Source: an uncultured Candidatus Rokubacteria bacterium | Lineage (GTDB): Bacteria; Methylomirabilota; Methylomirabilia; Rokubacteriales; DASRDR01 | Assembly: GCA_963805625.1 (NCBI GenBank) | Contig: CAWDVE010000010.1 | Span: 608,001-672,000 of the forward strand | DNA length: 64,000 bases | Direction of reading: 5' to 3' | Shown here: piece by piece, positions 28,357 through 38,888 of the stretch | Layout of the letters: every line of letters starts with the position of its first letter | Numbering within the stretch: the stretch's first letter is position 1 | Notes under the pieces: model-generated | The model's input: only the letters and a program-made list of their open reading frames with translations | Told to the model about the DNA's origin: nothing | Databases searched by the model: none | Made by a program: the position numbers and the translations under genes

Positions 28357-28649
28357 TCAGGGCTGACGGAGAACGGCAACGCACGACACGGCGCCAGGCC
28401 CGCCGAGCGTGTGCGCCAGACCCGTGCGGGCCCGGGGCACCTGCATCCGCCCGGCACGGCCCAGCAGCTGGTCCGCAACGTTGTTGATCATCCGCAGCCC
28501 GGAGGCGCCCACAGGATGCCCGCAGGACTTGAGCCCACCAGAGGTGTTGACCGGCAGCTCGCGACCATGTCGGTGTAGGACTGGTGGAAGTTCTCCCCGA
28601 AGCGGATGGTTCCCGTCCCGATGATCGCGACCTGGTTCGCGAGTGCCAT
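28357..28649 (-). pseudogene. SCP-x-type thiolase with most of the gene deleted
   Basis: RBS GGAGGA and MALANQVAIIGTGTIRFGENFHQSYTDMV, joined out of frame to the C-terminus ELPVNTSGGLKSCGHPVGASGLRMI..QLLGRAG..GLAHTLGG. Confidence 0.8.
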
Positions 28650-28806
28650 GCGTCCTCCCGGCTCCAGCCCGACATTCTCACGCGCGCCTCGCGTCGCGGC
28701 GCCGTCAGGCCGGTCCGGCCCATACTGCGCCGCCGGGACCGGCCGTGTCCAGCACGACGGCACCCGGACGGTGAGTGGCCGTAGAATGAGCGCAGGAACG
28801 GCCGGC

Positions 28807-29439
28807 GTGACCCCGGACATCGCCCTCACGGACGACGAGATCCACGCGCTCGACGAGCGAGGATGGTTTCTCCGCGATGGCGTGCTGGGGCGCCCGGCGT
28901 CGACGGGCGTCCACGACGCCGTCGAGGTCCTCGCGGCGACTGGCCGGCTCCGTCCGGCGGGACTCAGCCGGGGCGCCGCGTATCGCGTCGACACGACTGT
29001 CCGGGGAGACGCGATCGCCTGGATCGAGCCGGACGGCGTGCCCCCGGAGTTCGCCGCGCTCTGGACCCTATTTCTCGCCCTGCGCGACGCGCTGAATCGC
29101 GAGGCCTATCTGGGGCTCGGTCGGGTGGAGGTCCAGGTCGCCCGCTACCCTGGCAGCGGCACCGCCTACGACCGCCATCGGGACGCGTTCCCGGCGCGAC
29201 CTGGCGGCCGCCCGAACCGCCGTGTGACGGCGATCTACTATGCCAACCCCGCCTGGCGTCCAGAGGACGGCGGCGCCCTTCGCCTCCACGGCGATGAAGG
29301 CCCGACCGACGTGGCGCCCGTGCTCGATCGCCTGCTCGTCTTCCTGAGCGAGCGCGTCGAGCACGAGGTTCTCCCCGCCCGGGTGCCGCGCCGCGCCGTC
29401 ACCGCCTGGTTCCGGGCGCGGGATCCCCTCGGCGGCTGA
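28807..29439 (+). CDS. 2OG-Fe(II) oxygenase, prolyl-hydroxylase (PHD/EGLN)-like
   Basis: RGDAIAW, HRD (HxD), RRVTAIYYAN..W..DGGALRL, HEVLP, RRAVTAWF. Confidence 0.85.
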   Translation: MTPDIALTDDEIHALDERGWFLRDGVLGRPASTGVHDAVEVLAATGRLRPAGLSRGAAYRVDTTVRGDAIAWIEPDGVPPEFAALWTLFLALRDALNREAYLGLGRVEVQVARYPGSGTAYDRHRDAFPARPGGRPNRRVTAIYYANPAWRPEDGGALRLHGDEGPTDVAPVLDRLLVFLSERVEHEVLPARVPRRAVTAWFRARDPLGG

Positions 29440-31354
29440 CCGCGCCGCTTTCCGCTCGTCGACTCTCGTCACGCGTCTGCTTTAGAAACTCGTACACCGC
29501 GGGCGCGACGATCTCACTCCCGTATGGCGTGAGGTGGCACTGGTCGAAGAACATCGGCCGACCCCCCCGATTGTTCTTCTCGTACTGCGCGCGGAGGACC
29601 GGCAGAAGATCGAGGAGAGGCACGTCGAGAGCGCGGCTGATCTCACTGAGGCGCCGCTGCGGAAAGTCAAACAGCGGGCTGGGCTCGACCTGCTGGCGAA
29701 CCGGAAAGGCTATGATGACGAACTGGAACCTGTGCTCCCGCGCGAGCCTGGCGAACTCCGTCAGCAGACGCTCGAGCTTTCCCCAAACATGAGGACTGAA
29801 GGCCCCACCCCAGTCCTCGAAGTGGCGGACCACGTCCTCGTTGAGAGTGACGGCCGCCCCGTCAGCGAGTTGATTCCTCGGCAGCACCGTCGAGTGCGTC
29901 CGAAACTCCTCCCGCCAGGCGTCGATGTCGTCGGGAGGCTTCAGCAGCGGCGGCGAATCGAGGGGTTCTCGCTCCGACGACGACAGGTAGAGGTAGCGGG
30001 ATGCGAAGTTCACGAGCTGATGAGCCAGCACGCTCCGATCGAGCGGCTCCGGCAGCGTAGTTAGGTAGATGCCCGGGGACTCGAGAAAATCATTCAGGTA
30101 GAACCCGAGCACCACGACGTCCGGCGAGAGGGAGAGCCCGCTCTCGTTCAGCACGGCCAACTCGCCGTTCGTCCCCAGTCCGTTCACGCCTGCGTTGATG
30201 GTCTCCCAGCCGAGACCATCGCCCCGGGCCAGATCCTCCACCCGCCGCACGAACGTGTCCGGCTCGTTCAGGGCCAGTCCGAGCGTGATGGAATCGCCCA
30301 GGAAGAGGAACCTCTCACCTTGCTTGGGGCCGATCTCCCGGTTTCGATATCCGAGGGAGTTTGTCCGGTAGAGCGTCGGGGTCTCCCGAGCCGCAGGGTG
30401 GACAACGACAACCTCACTGTTGGGGCTGTGTCGAAATCCCCGCTCGGTCGGAATCATGAAGACGTTTCGTTCCCCGTCAGCGGTAGGCTTGGTTGAGGTC
30501 GTCTTGAAGGTCACTCTCGCGGGGGCGGGCAGGACGAATCGGCTGCCGATCTCGCCGATGACGGCCCCGGCCAGCACGCCGGTAGCGATCAACCCTCCGT
30601 TGAGGGCGGCCTGCTTCACGGTTCTCGCCGGCCAGGACGCGGCGGCCATGACGGCGAGGATGACGAGAATGGCCCAGAAGACCGATCCGCGGACCCACGC
30701 AGCTCCCCCCTCGATCGCCCGCCAGAAATACGGCAGATATCGCTGGTTCAGCGGGCGCAGGTCCTCGGGAGGAACAGGGACGAGCGCCGCTTCCCCGGGG
30801 ACCTGGACCTCCAGATTGAACCAGCCAAACCCTGGGCCATTGCGCAGATGGACCACCAGCAGATGGGGCCCTAGACCAAGAGGAACCGCGGCCCGTCCGA
30901 CGTTGTTGGCCGAGCGGCCAAGCAGACCGATCACCCTGTGCCCGTCGACGAAGACGGCCCCGCGCTCGTCGCACCGGAAGACGAGGGTATAGATCCCAGC
31001 CTTTCGAATGTTCCAGATCCCAAATGCATCGAGCGATGTGTTCGGACGGTCCAGCCCCGCAGAGGCCCCCGGAGTGAAGTGGCGCCACCCCTTGCCGGAG
31101 GGCTCGAGATGCGGATAGACAGACAGCCTCATCCCGCCCGGGGCCACCGACGTGCGCGACAAGGCGAGGGCGGCTCCGCGGAACAGCACGGGATAGGGTC
31201 CAAGCAGGAGCAGGGCGAGCAAGAGATGAAGGCCGAGGAGCACACCGACGAGCCACTTGAGGAGTCTCAAGACGCCCTGCTGGCAGCGCACGACCAGTCG
31301 GCCCGACGACCCATCCTGATCCAGTTCATCGGAATCAGAAATCCATCGGGACAC
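29399..31354 (-). CDS. membrane-anchored PA14-like + SGNH/GDSL hydrolase-domain protein
   Basis: FLGDSITLG, INAGVNG, YLNDF, DQCH catalytic blocks; N-terminal PA14-like segment flanked by TM helices. Confidence 0.8.
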   Translation of the reverse strand: MSRWISDSDELDQDGSSGRLVVRCQQGVLRLLKWLVGVLLGLHLLLALLLLGPYPVLFRGAALALSRTSVAPGGMRLSVYPHLEPSGKGWRHFTPGASAGLDRPNTSLDAFGIWNIRKAGIYTLVFRCDERGAVFVDGHRVIGLLGRSANNVGRAAVPLGLGPHLLVVHLRNGPGFGWFNLEVQVPGEAALVPVPPEDLRPLNQRYLPYFWRAIEGGAAWVRGSVFWAILVILAVMAAASWPARTVKQAALNGGLIATGVLAGAVIGEIGSRFVLPAPARVTFKTTSTKPTADGERNVFMIPTERGFRHSPNSEVVVVHPAARETPTLYRTNSLGYRNREIGPKQGERFLFLGDSITLGLALNEPDTFVRRVEDLARGDGLGWETINAGVNGLGTNGELAVLNESGLSLSPDVVVLGFYLNDFLESPGIYLTTLPEPLDRSVLAHQLVNFASRYLYLSSSEREPLDSPPLLKPPDDIDAWREEFRTHSTVLPRNQLADGAAVTLNEDVVRHFEDWGGAFSPHVWGKLERLLTEFARLAREHRFQFVIIAFPVRQQVEPSPLFDFPQRRLSEISRALDVPLLDLLPVLRAQYEKNNRGGRPMFFDQCHLTPYGSEIVAPAVYEFLKQTRDESRRAESGAVSRRGDPAPGTRR

Positions 31355-31514
31355 GCGCTCCGAGATCTGTCCCCCGCATCATGTCATCATAGTACGAGAG
31401 CCACAGCGAAGACCGCCCGCCACGGTCGAGCCACGCGGCTCCCCTTACGACAAACGCTCACTGCTTTGGCTCCTGCTGCGCAGTCGCCGACAATCGACCG
31501 CTCCCCGCCGGGAA

Positions 31515-32711
31515 TCAGACGACACACTCGCGTCGCAGCGTCTCCAGCTCGGCGGGACCGTAGCCGAGCCCGCCCAGGACTTCCGCCGTGTGCGCGCCGA
31601 GCTTCGGTGCCACGCTTCTCACCGCGACCATACTCCGCGACAGGCGCACCGGCGTCCGCACGTGGGGCACTCGCCCGAGCTCCGGGTCGTCGGCGTGCGC
31701 CACAATCCCGAGGTGGCGCACCTGGGGGTCGGCGAAGAGCTGCGCGTACGAGTTGACGGGTCCGGACGGCACGCCGGCCGCGTCGAAGGCAGCGACCCAG
31801 TGGGCGGTCGGTCGCGTCGCGAGCACGTGTTCGATCTCCTTCTCGAGGACCTCGCGGTGCCGGAGGCGGTCGGTGTTCCGCCGGAAGCGCGGGTCGTCGA
31901 TCCACTCGCTCCGTCCGAGCGCCCGGGCACAGCGCTCCCAGAGCTCCTGGGTTGCTGCCCCGATCATCATGTAGCCGTCCTGGGTGGCGAAGCGCTGGTA
32001 CGGCGCGTTCTGCCGGTGGCGGGCGCCCTGGCGCGTCGGCTCCCGGCCGTCGACGAGCCACGCGGCGCCGGTCCAACCCGAGAAGCCGAGGGCCGTCTCG
32101 AGGAGGGAGCAGTCGACCTTCTGGCCGTGGCCCGTACGCTCCCGGTCGTAGAGTGCGGCCAGGATTCCCTGCACTCCCCACATGCCGGTGCCGAGGTCGC
32201 AGATCGGCTGGCCAACGGACGTCGGGGGCCCGTCCGCCTCGCCGGTGACGTGCATGAGACCGCCCATCCCCTGGGCAATCAGATCCAGCCCTCCCTTGTC
32301 CCGGTACGGGCCGTCTGCCCCGAAGCCACTCAGCTGGGCGTAGACGAGCCGCGGGTTCTCGGCAGCCAGCACAGCGTATCCGAGACCGGCTCGTTCCATG
32401 ACGGTTGCCCGGTAGTTCTCGACGAGCACGTCGACGCTTCGCACGAGCCGCAGGAACACCTCGCGCCCGACGGGCCCCTTGTAGTCGAGCGTGACGCTCT
32501 TCTTGTTCCGGTTGATGTAGCGGAAGAAGGGATTCCGCTGGGCCCCATCCCCCATCGACCGGGACGAGTCGCCCTTGCCGGGCCGCTCCACCTTCAGCAC
32601 CTCGGCGCCCATGTCGGCGAGGATCATGGTGCAGAATGGCCCCGCCATGTGCTCGGTCAGGTCAAGGACCCGGAGTCCGGCGAGAGGACCCCGCGTATCG
32701 GATGCGGCCAT
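31515..32711 (-). CDS. family III CoA-transferase (CaiB/BaiF)
   Basis: RVLDLT..AGPFC, NRNKKSV, ENYR, SGFG, DLIAQ. Confidence 0.93.
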   Translation of the reverse strand: MAASDTRGPLAGLRVLDLTEHMAGPFCTMILADMGAEVLKVERPGKGDSSRSMGDGAQRNPFFRYINRNKKSVTLDYKGPVGREVFLRLVRSVDVLVENYRATVMERAGLGYAVLAAENPRLVYAQLSGFGADGPYRDKGGLDLIAQGMGGLMHVTGEADGPPTSVGQPICDLGTGMWGVQGILAALYDRERTGHGQKVDCSLLETALGFSGWTGAAWLVDGREPTRQGARHRQNAPYQRFATQDGYMMIGAATQELWERCARALGRSEWIDDPRFRRNTDRLRHREVLEKEIEHVLATRPTAHWVAAFDAAGVPSGPVNSYAQLFADPQVRHLGIVAHADDPELGRVPHVRTPVRLSRSMVAVRSVAPKLGAHTAEVLGGLGYGPAELETLRRECVV

Positions 32712-32725
32712 GTCACGATCCCCCG

Positions 32726-33505
32726 TCAGCGCCCGACGAACCGGGGCGTCGTCTTCGCGAGGAACGCCCGATAGCCGATCTGGAAGTCCTCGGTATCGAA
32801 GCAGTGATAGGCGACGTCCCGCTCCTCGTCCGTCAGCGCCCGCCGCGCGACGAGGTCGTACACGAAACGCTTGTGCCAGCGGGCCGCCAGGGGCGCCCCC
32901 TCGACGATCTTGCGGGCGGCCGCGTAGGCTTCCTCCTCGACCCTGTCGTCAGGGACGATACGGTTCACGAAGCCGATCCGCAGCGCGCTCGGGGCGTCGA
33001 GCAGGTCTCCGGTCAGCAGGATCTCGAGCGTCGGCCCCGCGCCGACCGTCCGCACGACCGCTTCCAGCTCCTCGTGGCTCTCGACTAGCCCCAGGCGCTT
33101 GATCGGAACGCCGAAGCGGCTCGACTCTCCGCAGATCTTGATGTCGCACAGCGCCGCCAGCCCGAATCCGCCGCCCACGCAGAGGCCCTGGATCAGCGCG
33201 ACGACCGGGTGTCGACACGCGCGGACCGAGTGGAAGGCGGGGCTCCCCAGGCGCGCGTACTCGCGCGCCTTCGCCGCCGAGCTGCGTGTCGCCTCGAACT
33301 CCGAGATGTCGGCGCCCACGGAGAAGGCACGCCCCCCCGCGCCCCGGAGCACGACGCACCGAAGGTCGGCGTCCTGGTCGCAGGCCTCCATGATCTCCCG
33401 CAGCCGGCGGTTCATTGCGCCCGACATCGCGTTGAGCTTCTCGGGCCGGTTCAGGACCACCGTCGCGATCGGCCCGTCCTGCGTCACGTAGATCGGCTCG
33501 GTCAT
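32726..33505 (-). CDS. enoyl-CoA hydratase/isomerase
   Basis: LNRPEKLNA, FSVGADI, CVGGG. Confidence 0.9.
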   Translation of the reverse strand: MTEPIYVTQDGPIATVVLNRPEKLNAMSGAMNRRLREIMEACDQDADLRCVVLRGAGGRAFSVGADISEFEATRSSAAKAREYARLGSPAFHSVRACRHPVVALIQGLCVGGGFGLAALCDIKICGESSRFGVPIKRLGLVESHEELEAVVRTVGAGPTLEILLTGDLLDAPSALRIGFVNRIVPDDRVEEEAYAAARKIVEGAPLAARWHKRFVYDLVARRALTDEERDVAYHCFDTEDFQIGYRAFLAKTTPRFVGR

Positions 33506-33520
33506 GCGTCACTCCTTGGA

Positions 33521-34426
33521 TCAGGGTGGCGAGGAAGATGGCGGGCGGATCAGGATCGATCGCGCCCGCTCCCGGAGAGCATCGGGAATCGCCGTCGGGC
33601 GCCGGGCGTCCACGTCCAGGTGCACGCCGAACTGGTCGAGGCTCGCGACGAGCTCCCCTGTCCGCCCGTTGAACATCCGGTGGAGGACCCGGATCGACGA
33701 ATTTCCCAGGTGGAGCAAACCGGTCTTCACGTGGACCGGATCCCCGGCGTGGAGTTCCCCCCGGAACTCCAGCTGGAACTCGAACGTGGACATCCCGCGG
33801 CGCTGCTCCCGCATGTAGGCCGGCGTCATGCCAAATGCAGCGAACGTCTGGATCCCGCCTGCCGAGAACCGGTGAATGTAGAACGGGAAGGCGCTCTGCC
33901 CGAACACGTCGATCTCCCACGGCTTCACCGTATCGCGGGCCGACTCGAGAAAGCCTTTCGCGCCCTCGGGCTGCCACCGCACCTCCCGGGCGGCCCCGTC
34001 CCACACCACCTGTCGGCTCTCGGCGGCGCGGCGCTGGCGTGGCGGCAGCGCCGCCGCCGCGCGTGCCCCGAGCTCCATGTGCACCGTCCGCTGCTCCATG
34101 GTCGCGCACAGGACGCCGGTGTCCGAGTTGAACACGCGATGGCCCAGCCGGAGCCCCCGCTCGTCGACCCCGATCACCGCGCTCGAGATGTGCAGGATGT
34201 CGCCCACACGAAGCTCGTGCATGTAACGCACGTAGCAGTCCACGGTCACGCAGCCGCGGCGCTCGGCCCTCATGTAGTCGGCGCCGAGAGCCAGGCCGTC
34301 GAGCAGATTCAGCGTGGCGTCGGCGAACCGCTCGAAGTAGTAGGCAACCGTCAGGTGCTCGACAATGTCGGTTTCCCATGGAAACACGGTGCCGCGGTAC
34401 GTGTCGACCCAGGTCGCTCGGTCCAC
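33521..34426 (-). CDS. double hotdog-fold acyl-CoA thioesterase
   Basis: Two repeats: V(F/K)PWE.D...H/Q...Y...F, and EL..GD; TAGAGT 8 nt upstream of the GTG. Confidence 0.8.
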   Translation of the reverse strand: MDRATWVDTYRGTVFPWETDIVEHLTVAYYFERFADATLNLLDGLALGADYMRAERRGCVTVDCYVRYMHELRVGDILHISSAVIGVDERGLRLGHRVFNSDTGVLCATMEQRTVHMELGARAAAALPPRQRRAAESRQVVWDGAAREVRWQPEGAKGFLESARDTVKPWEIDVFGQSAFPFYIHRFSAGGIQTFAAFGMTPAYMREQRRGMSTFEFQLEFRGELHAGDPVHVKTGLLHLGNSSIRVLHRMFNGRTGELVASLDQFGVHLDVDARRPTAIPDALRERARSILIRPPSSSPP

Positions 34427-34893
34427 GGGGACGGACTCTAGCCCGGGGCCGGAGCGCGCGTCAACCGCGGCCGCGTCTACGGCGTGAGGCGACTTGCCAG
34501 CGCGGCAGCGGCAAGAGATTCGACCCGCGACCCCGAGGCCGCGGTCTAGACACCTCGTCGCAGCCCGGGACATCTCGCCCTGCCGGGCACCCTATCCCGG
34601 CCCCGTACTCGTCGCTCGACATGAAATAGACCTTCATGGCAGCGTCGGCACGCGCTGCATGCCGCTCTCCGTGGACTGGAGCGAGTGTACCCCAGGACCC
34701 CCGTCGAAGGTCTGCACCGAGCTTGCACCCCGCGCGAGCCCGGCGCGCCGCGCCAGCTGTTCGGCACACGAGTAGCGAGAATCGACGGACCCCTCCGCCC
34801 TCTTCGAAATCGCCAGGATCCATCATGCTATCCTGGCCGCGACGGCGGGCGCCGGGGCAGATCTGCCGGTCTCGGAGATGGAGGGCGGAGACG

Positions 34894-37170
34894 GTGTCGT
34901 TTCGCGCGCGAGCATGGCAGGCGAGCGTCGTCGGCTTCGCGCTGTCATGCGTGGTGATTGCAGGGCTCGCCTGGGTCTCCTTGAGCCGGATGGCCCGTCT
35001 CCAGGAAGAAACAGGGCGTGTTCGACACACGCTGGCGGTTCGCGAGGAGACGCAATCCGTTCTCTCGCTCTTGAAGGACGCGGAGACCGGCCAGCGCGGC
35101 TACGTCATCACCGGCGACCCGGGCTATCTCGCGCCGTTTGCCCGCGCAGTCGTCGACATCCGGGATCGTCTAGCGGCGCTCAAGCGGCTCACCCAGGACG
35201 ATCCCGCCCAGCGCGAGCGTCTCGCGCGTCTCGATGATCTGATCGTCCAGAAGGTCGCAGAGCTCGAGCGGACCATCCGCGCGCGCACTGACCAGGGGTT
35301 CGACGCCGCGGCCCTCATCGTCGCCACCGACCAGGGCAAGCGACTCATGGACGAGATTCGTTCCCTGACAGGGTCGATGCTGCAGGACGAGGACCGTCTC
35401 CACGCCCTGCGGACCGCTCGCGAAGAGAGGGAGAGCCGCGCCGCGATCCGGGCAAACATCGGCGGCTTCGCCGTCGCGCTGCTCCTGATCGGTATCGCAA
35501 TGGCGTTGCTCCACTGGGTCACGCGAGAGCGAGAGCGAGAGCAGGCGGCCCGAGCGACCGCCGAGGCGGTCGCCGCCACCACGACGAGGTCGGAGGCGTG
35601 GCTCCGCACGACGCTCGCGAGCATCGGGGACGCGGTCATCGCTACTGACGAGACGGGGCGTGTGAGAACGATGAACGCCGTGGCCGAGAGCCTCACGGGC
35701 TGGACCGAGTCCGAGGCACGGGCGCGCCCTCTGGATGAGGTGTTCCGGATCGTCAACGAGGACTCCCGCAGCCCCGTCGAGAACCCCGTCGCCAGGGTGC
35801 TCAGGGAGGGACGGGCCGTCGGCCTCGCCAACCACATGGCCCTCCTGTCCCGAGACGGGCGCGCCATTCCGATCGACGACAGTGCGGCACCCATCCGGAC
35901 GCCGCAGGGCGGGGCCATCGGCGCGGTGCTGGTCTTCCGCGACATCACCGCGCGGCGCCAGGCCGAGCGCGAGCAAGCGCTCGCGTTCGAGCGGGAGAAG
36001 GCGGCGCGGCGCGAGTCGGAGGCCATCGCCCGGAGCAAGGACGAGTTCGTCACGACGCTCTCCCACGAGCTCCGGACCCCGCTCAACGCCATCTTCGGCT
36101 GGGTCCAGCTGCTGCGGTCCGGCGCCCTCGACGATGCAGCTCGCGCGCACGCTCTCGACGTGATCGATCGAAACACGCGCACGCAGACCCGCATGGTCGA
36201 GGACCTCCTGGACATCTCCCGGATCATGACCGGGAACTTCCGGATCGAGCCTCGCCCGGTCGACCTCGAGGCCGTGATCGGGGCCGCGGTGGACGCTGTC
36301 AGGCCGGCGCTCGACGCGAAAGGCCTCCATCTCGTCACCCACCTGGACGCCGCAGCCGGGCCCGTGTCCGGCGATCCGGACCGACTCCAGCAGGTCGTCT
36401 GGAACCTGCTCACGAACGCCATCAAGTTCACCCCCCGCGGCGGCGGCGTCGAGATCCGCCTGGAACGCCACGGGTCTCAGGTGGAGGTGGAGGTCTCCGA
36501 CACGGGTCGCGGCATCGCCGCCGACTTCCTGCCGCACGTGTTCGAACGATTCACGCAGGCCGAAGCGTCGAGCTCGCGTGCCCAGCCCGGTCTCGGTATC
36601 GGGCTGGCACTCGTACGCCATCTCGTCGAGCTGCACGGCGGCACGGTCGGGGTGTCGAGCGACGGCGATGGACTGGGCACCACGTTCACGATCCGGCTGC
36701 CGGTGCCCGTCAGCCTCGAGCGCCTCCGGGCCGACGACGTGACGGGATACCGCCCCCCCGTGCCGGAAGCCGATCCCCTGCGGCCACTCGCGGGCGTCCA
36801 CGTCCTGGCGGTGGACGACGATCCCGATGCTCGGGAGCTTCTGCGCATCGCCTTCGGGCGGGCGGGGGCCCAGGTGACGGTGGCCGACTCGGCGCGCGCC
36901 GCGCTGGCTGCGCTCGAGGCCGTCAGCCCGGACGTGCTCGTGTCCGACATCGGGATGCCGGACGGCAACGGCTACGAGCTCCTGCAGAGCGTCAGGGCCG
37001 CCGAACGTGGCAGTCGGCTCCCGGCAGTGGCCCTCACGGCGTACGCGCGTGCCGAGGACCGCGACCGGGCGATCAGGGCCGGCTTCCAGCTCCACGTCGC
37101 GAAACCGATTGACCCGGCTGCACTGGTGCGTGCCGTCGCTCTCGTGTGCGGCCGGATCAAGGCAACGTGA
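34894..37170 (+). CDS. hybrid sensor histidine kinase (CHASE3-PAS-HisKA-HATPase-REC)
   Basis: DAETGQRGY, SIGDAVIATD, LSHELRTPL, NAIKFT, DTGRGI, GLGIGL, VDDD..SDIGMP..KP. Confidence 0.93.
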   Translation: MSFRARAWQASVVGFALSCVVIAGLAWVSLSRMARLQEETGRVRHTLAVREETQSVLSLLKDAETGQRGYVITGDPGYLAPFARAVVDIRDRLAALKRLTQDDPAQRERLARLDDLIVQKVAELERTIRARTDQGFDAAALIVATDQGKRLMDEIRSLTGSMLQDEDRLHALRTAREERESRAAIRANIGGFAVALLLIGIAMALLHWVTREREREQAARATAEAVAATTTRSEAWLRTTLASIGDAVIATDETGRVRTMNAVAESLTGWTESEARARPLDEVFRIVNEDSRSPVENPVARVLREGRAVGLANHMALLSRDGRAIPIDDSAAPIRTPQGGAIGAVLVFRDITARRQAEREQALAFEREKAARRESEAIARSKDEFVTTLSHELRTPLNAIFGWVQLLRSGALDDAARAHALDVIDRNTRTQTRMVEDLLDISRIMTGNFRIEPRPVDLEAVIGAAVDAVRPALDAKGLHLVTHLDAAAGPVSGDPDRLQQVVWNLLTNAIKFTPRGGGVEIRLERHGSQVEVEVSDTGRGIAADFLPHVFERFTQAEASSSRAQPGLGIGLALVRHLVELHGGTVGVSSDGDGLGTTFTIRLPVPVSLERLRADDVTGYRPPVPEADPLRPLAGVHVLAVDDDPDARELLRIAFGRAGAQVTVADSARAALAALEAVSPDVLVSDIGMPDGNGYELLQSVRAAERGSRLPAVALTAYARAEDRDRAIRAGFQLHVAKPIDPAALVRAVALVCGRIKAT

Positions 37171-37584
37171 TCTGGAGCGTCGCGAATGGCGGCGCGCCCA
37201 GCGGGGCGCCGACTCACTGATGTCTCACCGACACCAACCGACTGCATCAGAGAACCCGGCCGAAGGCATCGCGGCCTGTCGTGCCCACCTGACGCCGCTG
37301 CTCGAGGACTATCTGCAACACTCTCCGCACAGTGCTTCTCCCTGGCGCTCCAGCCGGCAGGAATCGATCGCCGGCGCCGCCACCCTCTCGGACACCCTTT
37401 CGGGCACTTGACGGGAGGAGCCTTTCGGCCGATTCTCGGGCGCGTCGCGACTCGCGTGTGCCATCGGCCGCGACATCTGATCGAGCACCACCTCGGAAGG
37501 CCCGTGTGATCAGGAGTGCTGACGAGGCGAGGTGCCGCGGCCGGAAGGCCAGGAGCGGGCAACCCGCGAGTAGTCGAGGAGGCA

Positions 37585-38838
37585 ATGGCGCCAGGTCAAC
37601 GCTCCCGGGGCAGTACCGTCGCGTCCCCCAACATCAGGTTCGTCGGTCATTCCGACCAGGGCGGCCGCAGCGACGGCGTCCAGGTCATGGTCCATCGCGG
37701 CTATGCCTACATCGGCCAGACCTTCAGCAACGGAATCACGATCGTGGACGTCCGCGATCCGGCCCACCCGCGGACGGTCGAGTTCATCGCCTGTCCGCCC
37801 AATACGCGGACCGTCCACCTCCAGACCCACGACGACCTGCTCCTGGCAGTCAACGGTCCGAGCGTCTGGCACATGCAGGAGTTCCAGAACCTCCAGGACT
37901 ACTTCGAGGGGTCTCCGGCCGACAAGCTCCGCGACCGCGCTGGGAGCTTTGCCTCCGGGATCCGCGTCTTCGACATCTCCCGACCCGAGAAGCCGGCCGA
38001 GATCGGGTTTATGCCGGTCGACGGGATCGGACCGCACCGCATCTGGTATACGGGCGGCCGCTACGCCTATGCGTCCATCCACTTCGCGGATTTCACTGAC
38101 CACATCCTCGCCGTTGTCGACATGTCCAACCCGCGCCGTCCCGAGATCGCCGGGCGCTGGTGGCTCCCCGGCATGTGGCGCGGCGGCACCGAGACGCCGA
38201 CTTGGCGCAAGGGCCGGCGCTACGCGCTCCACCACGCCCTCGTCGCCGGGAACCTCGCGTACGCCGCCTGGCGCGACGGGGGCTTGACCGTCCTCGACGT
38301 TGCCGACCCGTCCCGTCCCAGACTCCTCGCGCACCGGAATTGGGACCCGCCGTTCGGCGGCGGCACGCACTCGCCGCTCCCCTTGCCCGACCGGAACCTT
38401 CTCGTGGTCGCCGACGAGCCCACCACGATGAACTGCAGCCAGGGTCTTCGCTACGTCTGGATGTTCGACGTGCGGGAGCCGAGCAACCCCATCAGCATCG
38501 CCACCTTCCCCTCGCCGTCCGAGGCGGACTACTGCCAGAAGGGCGGGAACTTCGGCCCGCACAACCTCCACGAGAACCGGCCTGGTGCCTTCCAGAGCTC
38601 GCGCCTGATCTTCGCCACCTACTACAACGCCGGCGTGCGCGTCTACGACATCGAGAATCCGTTTCAGCCGCGCGAGGTGGGCTACTACGTACCGCCCGAT
38701 CCCGAGCGTCTGATCGATCCCCGGCCGAACCGGCCGCTGGTGACCCAATCCAACGACTGCTACGTCGATACGAACGGTCTGATGTACGTGACCGACAGCA
38801 ACGGCGGCCTCAACATCCTCGAGTTCAAGGGCCCCTGA
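37585..38838 (+). CDS. LVIVD-repeat beta-propeller protein
   Basis: Repeated ITIVDVRDP, IRVFDISRP, LAVVDMSNP, LTVLDVADP, VRVYDIENP; RBS GAGGAGG. Confidence 0.88.
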   Translation: MAPGQRSRGSTVASPNIRFVGHSDQGGRSDGVQVMVHRGYAYIGQTFSNGITIVDVRDPAHPRTVEFIACPPNTRTVHLQTHDDLLLAVNGPSVWHMQEFQNLQDYFEGSPADKLRDRAGSFASGIRVFDISRPEKPAEIGFMPVDGIGPHRIWYTGGRYAYASIHFADFTDHILAVVDMSNPRRPEIAGRWWLPGMWRGGTETPTWRKGRRYALHHALVAGNLAYAAWRDGGLTVLDVADPSRPRLLAHRNWDPPFGGGTHSPLPLPDRNLLVVADEPTTMNCSQGLRYVWMFDVREPSNPISIATFPSPSEADYCQKGGNFGPHNLHENRPGAFQSSRLIFATYYNAGVRVYDIENPFQPREVGYYVPPDPERLIDPRPNRPLVTQSNDCYVDTNGLMYVTDSNGGLNILEFKGP

Positions 38839-38888
38839 GCATCCCGAAGCCGATGGACGGGGGCCTGCGACGCCCCCAGGAGGACTGC

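Noticed and set aside
35525-35545. GAGAGC tandem repeat
   Set aside because: Encodes the REREREQ coiled-coil linker of the kinase
37219-37411. Small ORF MSHRHQPT... after the kinase
   Set aside because: No RBS, motif or codon-bias support
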